Shown here piece after piece: positions 1 through 9,753 of a DNA stretch of 64,000 nucleotides. The position numbers and the translations under genes are program-made. The stretch is from Alkalispirochaeta sp. (GTDB lineage Bacteria; Spirochaetota; Spirochaetia; DSM-27196; Alkalispirochaetaceae). Every line of letters starts with the position of its first letter. Positions within the stretch are counted from its first letter, which is position 1. The notes under the pieces were generated by a model. That model did not search any database and was not told where the DNA came from. It was given only the letters and a program-made list of their open reading frames with translations. Location: contig OZ271854.1 in assembly GCA_965601925.1 (NCBI GenBank), forward strand, positions 3,584,001 through 3,648,000, in the 5' to 3' direction.

Positions 1-23
1 AGTCCGATGAGGACATTAACCAT
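1..23 (-). CDS. 5' end of a probable RIP metalloprotease RseP (partial, runs off the window)
   Basis: ATG GTT AAT GTC CTC ATC GGA (MVNVLIG) with an AGGAG RBS right after the cdsA stop; the hydrophobic start and position fit rseP; only 7 codons visible. Confidence 0.4.
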
Positions 24-33
24 CACGCAACTC

Positions 34-930
34 CTAAATGCTATACAGTATCACGTAGCCGTAAAAAAAGAATGGTGCCGTAAACAGCGGTGAGTCAATC
101 GAATCGAGCAAACCTCCGCGTCCCGGAATGAGATTACCCGAGTCTTTTACGGCCGCCGAGCGCTTGAACGCCGATTCCACCAAGTCTCCGACGATGGCGC
201 TCGCTCCTACCAGTGCACCGAACGCAAGACGCATCCATAGTGGACCGGGAACGAGCGCGCTGTTCCACTCTCCGGCTAACACGAGCACCGCAACACTCGC
301 CGAAAAGCCGCCGACGAACCCGATAACCGACTTATTGGGGCTTACGGCGACCGGCGGCGGGCTCCCGGGACGCGTGGTCGCTCTCCCGAAGAGCCGCCCG
401 AATACCCACGCCATGCTATCGTTGAGATAGATGGACAGCAAAAAGAGGAGAATGAGTTCCGAGTTGAGCTCAAAGCCCACCAGTCGTACCACGTGCCAGG
501 CAAACAGGCCCGGGTAGATCATGAGAAAGAGGTGCGAGGAGACGATGAGAACGATTCGGTTGAACTCGACGACGCGTCGCTTGAGCACTTGTACCGCCAT
601 GATAACGGCCGAAAGCAGTACGAGGGTCGAGATGACCGTCGCCGACGGGGTCGCTCCGCGAAATCCGATGCCGACGTCCGCCGCGACGGATGCGTATCCT
701 ACGATCGGCATCGCGGCGCCGAGAAAGGGAATAACGATGCGGCTTCCCGGATACTCTCGCATCGCGGCGGGAAAAAAAAACGCCGCCTCCCAGGCGGCCA
801 GCGCTGACGCGGCTATGACAAGCATCCCGAAGACCGGCAACCCGTAGTTGCGTCCTACGAAGGCGCTTACGGCGAGAGCCGGTATACCTACGAAGAACAA
901 TAGCAATCGTTGGAGCGTGTTGTTGCTCAT
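34..930 (-). CDS. cdsA: Phosphatidate cytidylyltransferase
   Basis: Multi-TM protein with SPNKSVIG and GDLVESAFKR..VKDSGNLIPGRGGLLDSIDS signatures; start re-placed at MSNNTLQR, overlapping the uppS stop. Confidence 0.93.
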   Translation of the reverse strand: MSNNTLQRLLLFFVGIPALAVSAFVGRNYGLPVFGMLVIAASALAAWEAAFFFPAAMREYPGSRIVIPFLGAAMPIVGYASVAADVGIGFRGATPSATVISTLVLLSAVIMAVQVLKRRVVEFNRIVLIVSSHLFLMIYPGLFAWHVVRLVGFELNSELILLFLLSIYLNDSMAWVFGRLFGRATTRPGSPPPVAVSPNKSVIGFVGGFSASVAVLVLAGEWNSALVPGPLWMRLAFGALVGASAIVGDLVESAFKRSAAVKDSGNLIPGRGGLLDSIDSPLFTAPFFFYGYVILYSI

Positions 931-1643
931 CGCATCCCTCCGTAGTTGCGCTTTCGATGCTGAAAGGCCTCTATCGCCGCCCTGAGGTCTTCGCCGTTCC
1001 ACTCCGGCCAGAGGCGCTCGCTGAAGTAGAGCTCGGCGTATGCCGAACCCCACAATAGGAAGTTGCTTATCCGTTGCTCGCCGCCGGTCCTGATGATGAG
1101 GTCGGGATCGGGAAAGTAGGGAAGATCGAGATGGGCGTGTAAATCGGCCTCATTCAAGTCGGCGGGTGCTTCGCCGTCTCCGTGCTCCTTGAGCCACCGA
1201 TTGACGGCCCGTACGATTTCGTTGCGCCCGCCGTAATTAACCGCGAGATTGATCGTAATCGCGTCGTACTCCTTGGTCTCTTCGGTTACGACTGCGATCT
1301 CCCGTTGCACGGCCGCGGGGAGTCCCGAAAGGTCGCCGCTATGGCGGACTCGTACCCGATTTTCGCGGTAGAAGTCGTATTGGTCACGAAGATTGCGGGC
1401 GACGAGGCCCATAATGAACGAAACCTCCTCCTCCGCGCGTCTCCAGTTCTCGGTGGAGAAGGCGTACAGCGAAAGAAATTCAATCCCCTGAGCGATCGCC
1501 TCACGGACGACGCGTTTTGCGGCCTCGACACCCTCTCGGTGCCCGCGGGTACGACGCATATTGCGCCTCGTTGCCCATCTGCCGTTGCCGTCCATGATGA
1601 TACCGATGTGTTTCGGCGTGCCAATCGGCTGCATCGTGGCCAT
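927..1643 (-). CDS. uppS: Polyprenyl (undecaprenyl) diphosphate synthase
   Basis: HIGIIMDGNGRWA, YAFSTENW, DPDLIIRTGGEQRISNFLLW motifs. Confidence 0.96.
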   Translation of the reverse strand: MATMQPIGTPKHIGIIMDGNGRWATRRNMRRTRGHREGVEAAKRVVREAIAQGIEFLSLYAFSTENWRRAEEEVSFIMGLVARNLRDQYDFYRENRVRVRHSGDLSGLPAAVQREIAVVTEETKEYDAITINLAVNYGGRNEIVRAVNRWLKEHGDGEAPADLNEADLHAHLDLPYFPDPDLIIRTGGEQRISNFLLWGSAYAELYFSERLWPEWNGEDLRAAIEAFQHRKRNYGGMR

Positions 1644-2197
1644 TAGATTTCCAGAATCTCGCTCTCCTTGGCCGATAGCGCAGCATTTATCGCCTCGATA
1701 TGTTGATCGGTGAGCTTTTGAATCTTTTCCTCGCCGCGCTTGAGATCGTCTTCACTGATGTCGCCGCCCTTTTCAGCTCTTTTCAGCTCGTCATTGGCAT
1801 CGCGGCGTATGTTGCGGATCGCGACGCGGCCCTGTTCGGCCGTGTTCTTGGCAAGTTTCACGATCTCCTTGCGTCGCTCTTCGGTAAGGGGCGGTATGTT
1901 GATTCGAATGACCTTGCCGTCGTTATTCGGGTTCAGCGAGAGTTCCGACGCCTGAATCGCTTTTTCTATTTCGCCGAGGAGCGCCTTGTCCCAGGGCTGT
2001 ATCACGACCAATCGTGACTCGGGGATGCTGACACTGGCGACCTGGCTGAGCGGGGTAGGCGTCCCGTAATACTCCACGCGGATCTTGTCGAACATCGCCG
2101 CCGACGCGCGGCCCGTTCTCAGGCCCGCAAGCTCCTCCTCGAGAGAGGCGACACTCTTACCCATTCTCGTTTCGGCATCTTTTATTATCGCATCCAT
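1643..2197 (-). CDS. frr: Ribosome recycling factor
   Basis: RTGRAS, YYGTPTPL, PPLTEERRKE, RNIRRDAND motifs; start MDAIIK. Confidence 0.97.
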   Translation of the reverse strand: MDAIIKDAETRMGKSVASLEEELAGLRTGRASAAMFDKIRVEYYGTPTPLSQVASVSIPESRLVVIQPWDKALLGEIEKAIQASELSLNPNNDGKVIRINIPPLTEERRKEIVKLAKNTAEQGRVAIRNIRRDANDELKRAEKGGDISEDDLKRGEEKIQKLTDQHIEAINAALSAKESEILEI

Positions 2198-2213
2198 GGA
2201 TATCTCCCCATAC

Positions 2214-2249
2214 AAAATGCCCCCGCTCGGAAGGTCCGGGCGGGGTGCC
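2214..2249 (-). terminator. GC-rich hairpin with short U-tract between tsf and frr
   Basis: Minus strand CCCCGCCCGGA-CCT-TCCGAGCGGGG followed by GCATTTT. Confidence 0.5.
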
Positions 2250-2257
2250 GTTCGTCG

Positions 2258-3103
2258 TTATATCTCTTCGCCGACCGAATATACGAGATAGTCGGCCACG
2301 GTGATCGTCCCGCCGACCGCTTTGCTCACCTCTTTGGCGACGTCATTGACGGACTTTTTTTCATCCTTAACGAAGCCCTGCTCGAGGAGACAAATCTCCG
2401 CAAGATGCTTGCGAAGTTTACCCTGGGCGATACCTTGGAGCACCTTCTCGGGCTTGTCCATATTTCGCGCCTGGGTAAGAAAAATCTCCTCTTGCTCCTT
2501 GCGATAGCCTTCGTCGACCGTAGCGGCGGAAAGAAACGTCGGACGGAAGGCGGCGGCATGGAGCGCCACGTCAAAAGCAAAGTCTTTCACTTCTTGTCGC
2601 TCCAGAAGATCGCTCTTGTCCGCCTCCACGACCACCGCGCCGCCGATGCGGCCGCTATCGCCGTGAACATAGGAGGAGAAGATCTGATTGTCTTTCTTCT
2701 GAAGCACTCCGAATCGACGCAAGCTCATGTTCTCTTTGATCGTGGAGATCGCGTCCTTTACTTTGGTTGCGAGCTCATCGTCGGCCTCGCTCAGGTTGCG
2801 GGCGAGAATATCGCGCGTGAGATCCTCGCCCAAGGCGACGAAGCTCTCGTTGCGCGCTACGAAGTCGGTCTCGCATGCGAGCTCCAAAACGACGGCGCGG
2901 TCACCTTCGGTTGCGACGAAAATGCGACCCTCGTTGGTCGCGCGCCCGCTACGCTTTTCCGCGGCGGCCTTACCCAGCTCCTTGAGAATGCGCTCCGCCT
3001 TCTCGAAGTCGCCACCGGCCTCCTCGAGCGCCTTTTTACAATCCATCATACCTGCGCCGGTCTTCTCGCGCAGCTTTTTCACATCTGCGGCTGTAATTGC
3101 CAT
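2258..3103 (-). CDS. tsf: Elongation factor Ts
   Basis: VKKLREKTGAGMMDCKKAL and ELACETDFVARN motifs. Confidence 0.98.
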   Translation of the reverse strand: MAITAADVKKLREKTGAGMMDCKKALEEAGGDFEKAERILKELGKAAAEKRSGRATNEGRIFVATEGDRAVVLELACETDFVARNESFVALGEDLTRDILARNLSEADDELATKVKDAISTIKENMSLRRFGVLQKKDNQIFSSYVHGDSGRIGGAVVVEADKSDLLERQEVKDFAFDVALHAAAFRPTFLSAATVDEGYRKEQEEIFLTQARNMDKPEKVLQGIAQGKLRKHLAEICLLEQGFVKDEKKSVNDVAKEVSKAVGGTITVADYLVYSVGEEI

Positions 3104-3215
3104 GTGTATCCTCCTCGTTCAGTATCTTCCTCGAATCCGGCGAGCGAGTGTTCGGACCCGCATCGATGCGCTACCGAAACTGGCGTGCTCGCTCGCCTCC
3201 TTCGTTTCCGGAAGA

Positions 3216-4175
3216 TCAGTCTTGGTACAGCGTCTCCTCGTCCAGACCGGCTTCTTTCGCAACGGCCTCTTCGGGAGTCGTCTCGTCGGCGGGAAGCTCA
3301 TGGTCGGCACCGGGCTCGTAGTCGGAGTAGTCCTCGGCGGTGAATCCGGCCTCTTCCTCGCTGTCCGCGCCGACCGCAGCGGCCAGCTTTACCGTCTCGA
3401 CATCCTCGTCCTCGTCCTCGCGTTCCGCGGCGGTACCGGCGTAGTTCTCGTCCTCTTCGTCGTCTTGAAGGTTTTCGATGACCTCAAGCCCAATCTCGTT
3501 GTCGGCCTCGATGACCGCCTTCGAGATGATCTGGGTGAAGAGCGTGATGGCACGAATGGCGTCGTCGTTGCCGGGAATCGGATAGTCGATGCCCGTCGGA
3601 TCGCAGTTGGTGTCGACGACCGCCACGATGGGAATGCCCATGCGACTCGCCTCGGCGACCGCGATCGCCTCCTTGCGGGTATCGATCACGAAGATCGCGC
3701 CGGGGAGCTCCTTCATCTCCTTGATACCGCCGAGGTTCTTCTCCAAACGTTGCTTCTCTTTGAGCAGTTTGGCGACCTCTTTCTTGGTCAGGCTGTCGAA
3801 GGTGCCGTCTATTTCCATCTTTTCGAGCTTCTTAAGACGGAGTAATGATTTCTTGATCGTTGAAAAGTTGGTGAGCATGCCGCCGAGCCAACGGTTGTTG
3901 ACGTAATGCATGCCGCAGGCAAGCGCCTCTTTTTCAATGGCTTGCTGTGCCTGTTTTTTTGTGCCGACAAACAGAATCGACTTACCCTGCAATACCGTGC
4001 CGCGGATCATCTCGTATGCATCCTTGATCGCCACGATCGTCTTCTGCAGATCGATGATGTGAATGCCGTTGCGTTCCGCGAAGATATACCTCTTCATTCG
4101 CGGATCCCATCTCTTGGTCTGATGGCCGAAGTGCACACCGGACTCAAGCAGGTTCTTCATCGTAACTACTGCCAC
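3216..4175 (-). CDS. rpsB: 30S ribosomal protein S2 with acidic C-terminal extension
   Basis: [40 protein letters not shown] start with GAGGAGG RBS. Confidence 0.98.
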   Translation of the reverse strand: MAVVTMKNLLESGVHFGHQTKRWDPRMKRYIFAERNGIHIIDLQKTIVAIKDAYEMIRGTVLQGKSILFVGTKKQAQQAIEKEALACGMHYVNNRWLGGMLTNFSTIKKSLLRLKKLEKMEIDGTFDSLTKKEVAKLLKEKQRLEKNLGGIKEMKELPGAIFVIDTRKEAIAVAEASRMGIPIVAVVDTNCDPTGIDYPIPGNDDAIRAITLFTQIISKAVIEADNEIGLEVIENLQDDEEDENYAGTAAEREDEDEDVETVKLAAAVGADSEEEAGFTAEDYSDYEPGADHELPADETTPEEAVAKEAGLDEETLYQD

Positions 4176-4318
4176 GATTCCTCCTCTGTGTGAGTTTCGT
4201 ACTCACCCCTTCGCTTTTGTCTCGTCCGTCTTCTCCTCTGAGAAGGCGGCGGAAGATTATGATGTTTCGGCCGACGACATAAATCTCTATCGCATATCGA
4301 GTTCGTCGAACAGGCGAC

Positions 4319-5038
4319 CTACGATTCGGGACCGAAAAATCGAGTGATCATAGAATATACGGTCTGTATTGGCAAGCCCATGACCGCGCTGTGGCTTCCG
4401 TCGATACGACTCACGAATGCCGCTGCGAGTCCTTGAATACGGTACGCTCCGGCGACGCCACGCCACTGGCCGCTCTCGAGATAGCGTCCGATTTCGCCGT
4501 CGGTAAGCGTGATAAACGACACCGCACTCGTCGACACCTCCTCGATGTGTGCGTCGTGAGGTCTTCCCGTCGCGCGAATATCGATCGAGGCGGGCGGGGT
4601 GATGGACTCAAGGCGGGCTTGAGACGCGGGGACGAGGACCACTGCGGTATGGACGAGATGAGTTCGCCCGGAGAGAAGCCGCAGCATCCGCTCGGCGTCT
4701 GAACGGTCCGACGGCTTGTCGAGTATCTCGTCGTCGATCGCGACGACCGTGTCGGCGGCGAGGAGCCCCACCGTGTCTTCCGCTCGCGTTCCGTGAAGCG
4801 CCTTGAGACGTGCGCGGCGCAGGCACACCTCGACGGCCGCCGTCTCCGGCGCAACTCCCTCGGAGATAACCGTTGCGCGACTGATCGCCTTTTCGTCGGC
4901 ATCCACCGGGCGCACCTCGTGCGCAACGCCGATTTGGTGGAGGAGCTCACGGCGGCGGGGACTGGCGCTCGCGAGGGTGATGCGATGCGGTACAAACGGG
5001 GCGGCTTGCTCGTTCGCGGGCGGGGAATCTTGGTCCAT
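4319..5038 (-). CDS. maf: Maf family nucleoside triphosphate pyrophosphatase
   Basis: LASASPRRRELL, AADTVV, ILDKP, AGAYRIQG, VMGLP; start estimated at MDQDSPP. Confidence 0.92.
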   Translation of the reverse strand: MDQDSPPANEQAAPFVPHRITLASASPRRRELLHQIGVAHEVRPVDADEKAISRATVISEGVAPETAAVEVCLRRARLKALHGTRAEDTVGLLAADTVVAIDDEILDKPSDRSDAERMLRLLSGRTHLVHTAVVLVPASQARLESITPPASIDIRATGRPHDAHIEEVSTSAVSFITLTDGEIGRYLESGQWRGVAGAYRIQGLAAAFVSRIDGSHSAVMGLPIQTVYSMITRFFGPES

Positions 5039-5311
5039 GGCGCGACCGTACCACGGAGGTCGACGACTCTCAACTACCAACGAGCGTCGTGCGCGGTTGG
5101 GATGCACGAATGCACGATGACGCGTTTGTTTTTTTATAACCCCGATATCGTTGGGCGCGATCCATCGCCGCCGGCCGCACGCTTCATTGACATTTCCGCG
5201 GCCTATGCGGAGGGTTAGTGTAAGACGGCATGAAGGCGTCATGCACCCGCGTTTTGCGAATACTCGCCCGTCGGTCGACCGAGTATTACCATCGTTCGTA
5301 AGGAGGCATCC

Positions 5312-6007
5312 ATGTTTTCGATACGGAATGGAGCGAGTCGGAGAATCCGCTATATGACGACGGTGTTAACGGTGCTGCTCTTGGCCGGATGTTTTGAGGT
5401 GAATCACCACCTTACCGTCGATGAACGGGACCGTGTCGTCTCTTTCTTCAGTTTTCGTATGGAGAAGGCGTTGTTCGAGCTCGCCGCTGAGTTCGGTGGA
5501 GAGGGGATAGACTACGGCGAGTTTCTACGTGAGGCCGATATGAACGAGGAGCGCTTTCGAACCGTCGTGGGCGATGCGGTCGAGGTGGATTATGCACTCA
5601 CCGAAACCGATGGCCATTTCGGATTCACCTCGCGAGCGACGATGCCGCGTGCCGAGGTCGACCTGCCGGGGTGGTCGATTCAAGAACCGCTCCCCGCCGG
5701 CGCATTACAGGAGCGTCTTTTTGTTCCCTTCGTGACCGACGAGGGCGTAGTGATACCGTTGGAACCCTTCGGCGACGACGCACCCGACGACGAGGCGGCG
5801 GCCTTCTTGTCGGGGGCCTTGTACTCGTTGACGGTCGGCAAGGCCCTTCTTCCGACGCTCACGCGAGCGCGCGTGGTGGGTGTGGGATCGACCATCGCGG
5901 CGGTTGAGGTCCCGGTGGTTGATCTCGTAGATTTTTTCCTCATAGAGATTCCGCTGACGACCTTGTCTCTTAGGGGCGATCGTATCGCCATCGTGCTCGA
6001 ACGGTAG
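5312..6007 (+). CDS. Hypothetical lipoprotein
   Basis: AGGAGG RBS, basic N-terminus and LLLAGC lipobox. Confidence 0.7.
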   Translation: MFSIRNGASRRIRYMTTVLTVLLLAGCFEVNHHLTVDERDRVVSFFSFRMEKALFELAAEFGGEGIDYGEFLREADMNEERFRTVVGDAVEVDYALTETDGHFGFTSRATMPRAEVDLPGWSIQEPLPAGALQERLFVPFVTDEGVVIPLEPFGDDAPDDEAAAFLSGALYSLTVGKALLPTLTRARVVGVGSTIAAVEVPVVDLVDFFLIEIPLTTLSLRGDRIAIVLER

Positions 6008-6091
6008 CGGTGGGCGTTGCTCGGTTGTGGACCTCACGGTGGACGTCCCACGGTACACGAGATACCATTGAGCGGCCGTGCGGGGTCTCCG

Positions 6092-6120
6092 TTGACTTTT
6101 TAGGGGTGGCTCACTATCAT
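6092..6120 (+). promoter_or_regulatory. Sigma70-type promoter for tRNA-Arg
   Basis: TTGACT-17 nt-TATCAT, 13 nt before the tRNA. Confidence 0.75.
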
Positions 6121-6133
6121 CGACCACCTGTTC

Positions 6134-6207
6134 GGTCACGTAGCTCAGCTGGATAGAGCGTCGGCCTCCGGAGCCGAAGGTCGTGGGTTCGAATCCCGCC
6201 GTGATCG
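6134..6207 (+). tRNA. tRNA-Arg (anticodon CCG)
   Basis: Cloverleaf: GGTCACG/CGTGATC acceptor, TCGGC-CT CCG GA-GCCGA anticodon arm, GTTCGAATC T-loop; CCA not encoded. Confidence 0.96.
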
Positions 6208-6239
6208 TTTTTCAATGGTTACACGATTGGAATGCTGGT

Positions 6240-6267
6240 AGGCCTCTCGCAGAGAGAGGCCTTTTTT
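6240..6267 (+). terminator. Rho-independent terminator after tRNA-Arg
   Basis: AGGCCTCTC-GCAGA-GAGAGGCCT-TTTTT. Confidence 0.85.
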
Positions 6268-6370
6268 ATATACCGCTAAGATTCGTAGGTAGAAGAGAAC
6301 AAACATGAACGACGCTCCGCGACGCGTTTTTGGGCGTCGGGAGAGCGTGTATCCGTTGAGATACGTTTGT

Positions 6371-6877
6371 TTAGCCGTTCTCCATATGTGCCCGGAAAGC
6401 TCGGCGCAGAGCCTCCGCGCTTTGTACGCCGCTTTGCACATCTACCAGCTCACCGTCGCCGTCGAGAAACAGGAGGGTTACGCGACGCTCCGCGGTATAG
6501 CGGCGGGCGAAAGCGCTTCCTTCGGTGGTGCTGATGTCGGCAATCCGTATCAACAACTCATCGTCGGAGAACTCGTCATCGATGCGATTCACATTGGAGC
6601 GCAGCTCGCTACACAACGGGCATGTTGCGTCGTGGACCTGTACGACCGCCGGTACACCGGTCCCGACGAGGGAAAGGTCGCGAATGTGGTTTTCGCGCTG
6701 GTTATACGCGTACAAAGCCCCGCTGCCGACGGCGACGACGAGCGCAACGACCGCACCGACGCGGACAAGGCGTTGCCGCCGTCGGCGTTGTGCACGAAGG
6801 GCCTTTTCCGCGCGCTTCTTTTCAAGGGTCTGCGGCGACCCGGAGTGTGACGTTTTATGTGCTTTCTTCTTCGCCAT
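6371..6877 (-). CDS. Membrane-anchored thioredoxin-fold protein
   Basis: Basic N-terminus, one TM helix, HDATCPLC (CxxC) and TLLFLDGDGE; start MAKKKAHK. Confidence 0.75.
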   Translation of the reverse strand: MAKKKAHKTSHSGSPQTLEKKRAEKALRAQRRRRQRLVRVGAVVALVVAVGSGALYAYNQRENHIRDLSLVGTGVPAVVQVHDATCPLCSELRSNVNRIDDEFSDDELLIRIADISTTEGSAFARRYTAERRVTLLFLDGDGELVDVQSGVQSAEALRRAFRAHMENG

Positions 6878-7123
6878 ATTACCAAACCTTACCGTAAAAG
6901 TATGCTTTCTTGAACATAACAGTCCGTATGGGGCGACGCCAAGTGGACGCATGCAATGGTGTGCTTTTCGCACCTCCCCCCCAACCGCGCGAGTCCGCGA
7001 TGGAGCGCAATCGTCATCGTAAATCGTCGGCACCGCGTGGACGGTCTGCTGCGCCGCGTCGTTGTTTCGTCATTGCCTCTCCGGTGCGCCGCTGCTATCG
7101 TGGTGTGCGGAGGACAAGCTCGG

Positions 7124-8515
7124 ATGAATGCGCCGGAGACGACCGTTATCACCGATGTCTCGACGATTGACGCCGACGGGACCGTGACGGTGGGGCGCCG
7201 CGTCGTGCTCGCCGACGGTGTGATAGCGGCTGTGGAGGCCGAAGCCGACGCGGGAAACGACCGCGGACCGACCGCCGCCGCCGGCGCCGAGATGGTCGAC
7301 GGGCGCGGATGCTTTCTCTCTCCCGCCCTAGTCAATCTTCACACCCATACTCCGATGAGCATTTTTAAGGGGATTGCCGAAGACGTCGATGCCGACGACT
7401 GGTTCAATCACGAGATTTGGCCGTACGAAAGCGTGATGGACGAGGCCGATGTCGCGCTCGGAGTAGACCTCGCCATAGCCGAATCGATTCAATGCGGCGT
7501 CTCCCTCCTCGCCGACCACTACTTCCACGCGTCGGTCGTCTGCGCCCACGTGGCGGACGCCGGTTTGCGCCTGGATATGGCGCCGACGCTCTTTGGACAG
7601 GCCGGCGATTATACGGGGCAATTGGATCGCGCGGAGGACATTGTTCGCGCATGGCACGGATACGAAGGGCGTATCCACATCCGGTTGGGACCGCACGCGC
7701 CCTATACATGCGGACCTCGGGAACTGTGCGAAACCGCCGAACGGGCGCGCGAGCTCGGCGTCGGCGTCCATATCCACATGTCCGAGACCTCCGAACAGGT
7801 GAAGGCGAGCATTGCCGAGCACGGCAAGGCACCCCTGGAAGTGGCCCACGAGGCGGGTCTTCTGGACGTACCGATTTTGCTGGCCCACGGAGTCTTCTTC
7901 ACCGAGCGGGAGCTGACTCTTATCGAAGACATTCTCGGCACGAGCGGGGTGACTCGAAGCACCAATGACCGACCCTTAGGCTTAGAGGCTTCGCCGCGCC
8001 TCGCCATGGTGCTGTGTCCGAAAACGTATCAAAAGTTGGGCACCGGCATGGGGCGCGTTCTCGACGATTTGCGGCGATGGCCCGTCGCAATCGGCACCGA
8101 CGGCGCGGCGAGCTCCAACACGCTCAATCCGATCGAGCAGGCGCGTCTGCTGGGGCTGTGGGCCAAGGAGCGCACCGCCTCCGGCGCAACGCTACCGGCC
8201 CGTGAGTTGTGGCGTATCGTCATGGGCGCCCACCGCGTTCCGGGGTTTGGTACGGGACGGCTCGATGTCGGCGCGCCCGCCGATCTCGTATTGTGGGACT
8301 TGGACGATCCCGCGACACAGCCGAACTACGATCCGGTTACTACCATCCTTTACTCGTCTCACCCCGGCAATGTTCGTTTCCTCTGGGTCGCCGGGCGCGT
8401 CCTCAAGCGCGACGGTGCGGTCGACATGGATCTACCCGCCCTCTTCGCCGAGGCGCGTCGTCGGGTGCCAAGGCTCGTGTCGCGGGGCAAGGGGAGGAGC
8501 CGACTCGTCTATTGA
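7124..8515 (+). CDS. Amidohydrolase (MTA/SAH deaminase-like)
   Basis: PALVNLHTH, GPHAPYTC, HIHMSET, LAHGV, IGTDGAASSN metal-binding motifs; start estimated at MNAPETT. Confidence 0.88.
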   Translation: MNAPETTVITDVSTIDADGTVTVGRRVVLADGVIAAVEAEADAGNDRGPTAAAGAEMVDGRGCFLSPALVNLHTHTPMSIFKGIAEDVDADDWFNHEIWPYESVMDEADVALGVDLAIAESIQCGVSLLADHYFHASVVCAHVADAGLRLDMAPTLFGQAGDYTGQLDRAEDIVRAWHGYEGRIHIRLGPHAPYTCGPRELCETAERARELGVGVHIHMSETSEQVKASIAEHGKAPLEVAHEAGLLDVPILLAHGVFFTERELTLIEDILGTSGVTRSTNDRPLGLEASPRLAMVLCPKTYQKLGTGMGRVLDDLRRWPVAIGTDGAASSNTLNPIEQARLLGLWAKERTASGATLPARELWRIVMGAHRVPGFGTGRLDVGAPADLVLWDLDDPATQPNYDPVTTILYSSHPGNVRFLWVAGRVLKRDGAVDMDLPALFAEARRRVPRLVSRGKGRSRLVY

Positions 8516-9018
8516 GAGCGTTCGATCTGCTTCTCGAAGTAGCGGAACGTGCCTTTGCGGAGGCGCACCCGACCGGCGGGCCGGTATCCCAGCCGTTCGT
8601 ACAACGCCAGCGCTCCCGGATTCCCCTCGTACGCGTCGAGTCGTATGACATCATACCCTTGTGAAGCGATTTCCGCCTCGGCAAAGCGCACCAAACGTGA
8701 GGCGATTCCCCGCCGTTGAAACGCCGGATGTATCGTCAAGCGGTGAATGGCCGATGCGCGGCCCCGATAGCGCCACGGCACGTCGACGTACTCATCGGCT
8801 TGACGGTCGTCGAGTACGATGATCCCGGCGACGGAGCGTCCGACCTCGATAAGATACATGGCCCGTCGATCGATGTCGGCGGCGACGACCGTACGCGAGG
8901 GATAGACCTCGTCCCACTGCTCGATGCCGTCGCGGCGCATCGCCGAGATTGCGGCTTGGATCAGGTCGAGTACGGCGTCCAAGTCGTGTACGGTCGCAGG
9001 ACGTATCGTCTGCATCAT
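8509..9018 (-). CDS. GNAT family N-acetyltransferase
   Basis: EQWDEVYP, IHRLTIHPAFQRRGIA, NPGALALYERLGY. Confidence 0.9.
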   Translation of the reverse strand: MMQTIRPATVHDLDAVLDLIQAAISAMRRDGIEQWDEVYPSRTVVAADIDRRAMYLIEVGRSVAGIIVLDDRQADEYVDVPWRYRGRASAIHRLTIHPAFQRRGIASRLVRFAEAEIASQGYDVIRLDAYEGNPGALALYERLGYRPAGRVRLRKGTFRYFEKQIERSQ

Positions 9019-9270
9019 GTACTTCGTAGCGCGTGTGCGATGGTCATACCGGGTAACTCCTCATGCGGGCGACCCCTCATGATTCTGCGGACGCCCTCCA
9101 TATAGCATTGAATACCGTGCCGGAAACCATTTCGACCGCTAAGTGCGTGCCGTTTCCTCTCCCGAGGTGGTATAGTGCCGTCGATATACCGGATTGAAAA
9201 GGCGACATGCACTTGATAAGCACGCGCCACACGGACGACTCGGCGGAGACACGCCGGTATCACGGGGTCC

Positions 9271-9708
9271 GTGGATCGCGCGAAGGGGCGCCGTGATAGC
9301 GTCCCTTACCGAACTTCTCGCCCGATCCGAGTTTGCCGAATGTGCGGGCTCGGCGCACCCGTGGAACGACGCGGGCACCGATACACCGATCTGTTTGTCA
9401 TTACGGACCCGGTCCATGGCGACCTTCTCGTGAAGATCCGGCGCGCCGATGAGTGTCATATCGAACGATCGCTGCAGTGTCTGGCCGGTACTCGTGATCG
9501 CGAAGGGCTCATCGGGAAGCGTGTGTACGCCGAGCGAGTCGGTGCACCGGGTGCGAGTCGTCTGAGGGCCAATGATCAGATTCGGGCGGTCGAACTGCTA
9601 TCGGTGCGGCGCGCCGATACGTATCGCGCGTTCACGGGTACCGCTTCGGACGCCGGGGCTATCAAGGAGCATATCGATACGGTGTTGACCGCCGGAGATA
9701 TCGTATAG
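9271..9708 (+). CDS. Possible hypothetical protein
   Basis: Longest ORF filling the gap between the GNAT gene and the SDR; C-terminal half looks protein-like; start and reality uncertain. Confidence 0.3.
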   Translation: MDRAKGRRDSVPYRTSRPIRVCRMCGLGAPVERRGHRYTDLFVITDPVHGDLLVKIRRADECHIERSLQCLAGTRDREGLIGKRVYAERVGAPGASRLRANDQIRAVELLSVRRADTYRAFTGTASDAGAIKEHIDTVLTAGDIV

Positions 9709-9753
9709 ATCGCGAATGACACGAGCCGAGCAACGGCGGGGCGTGGACCCGGC

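Noticed and set aside
3216..3480. Acidic low-complexity tail of S2 (and of FtsH) as novel domains
   Set aside because: Acidic disordered tails are common on these proteins
4176..4318. Structured rpsB leader (S2 autoregulatory RNA)
   Set aside because: Short hairpins are present (GTGAG-tacgaaa-CTCAC) but I cannot match them to a defined family by eye
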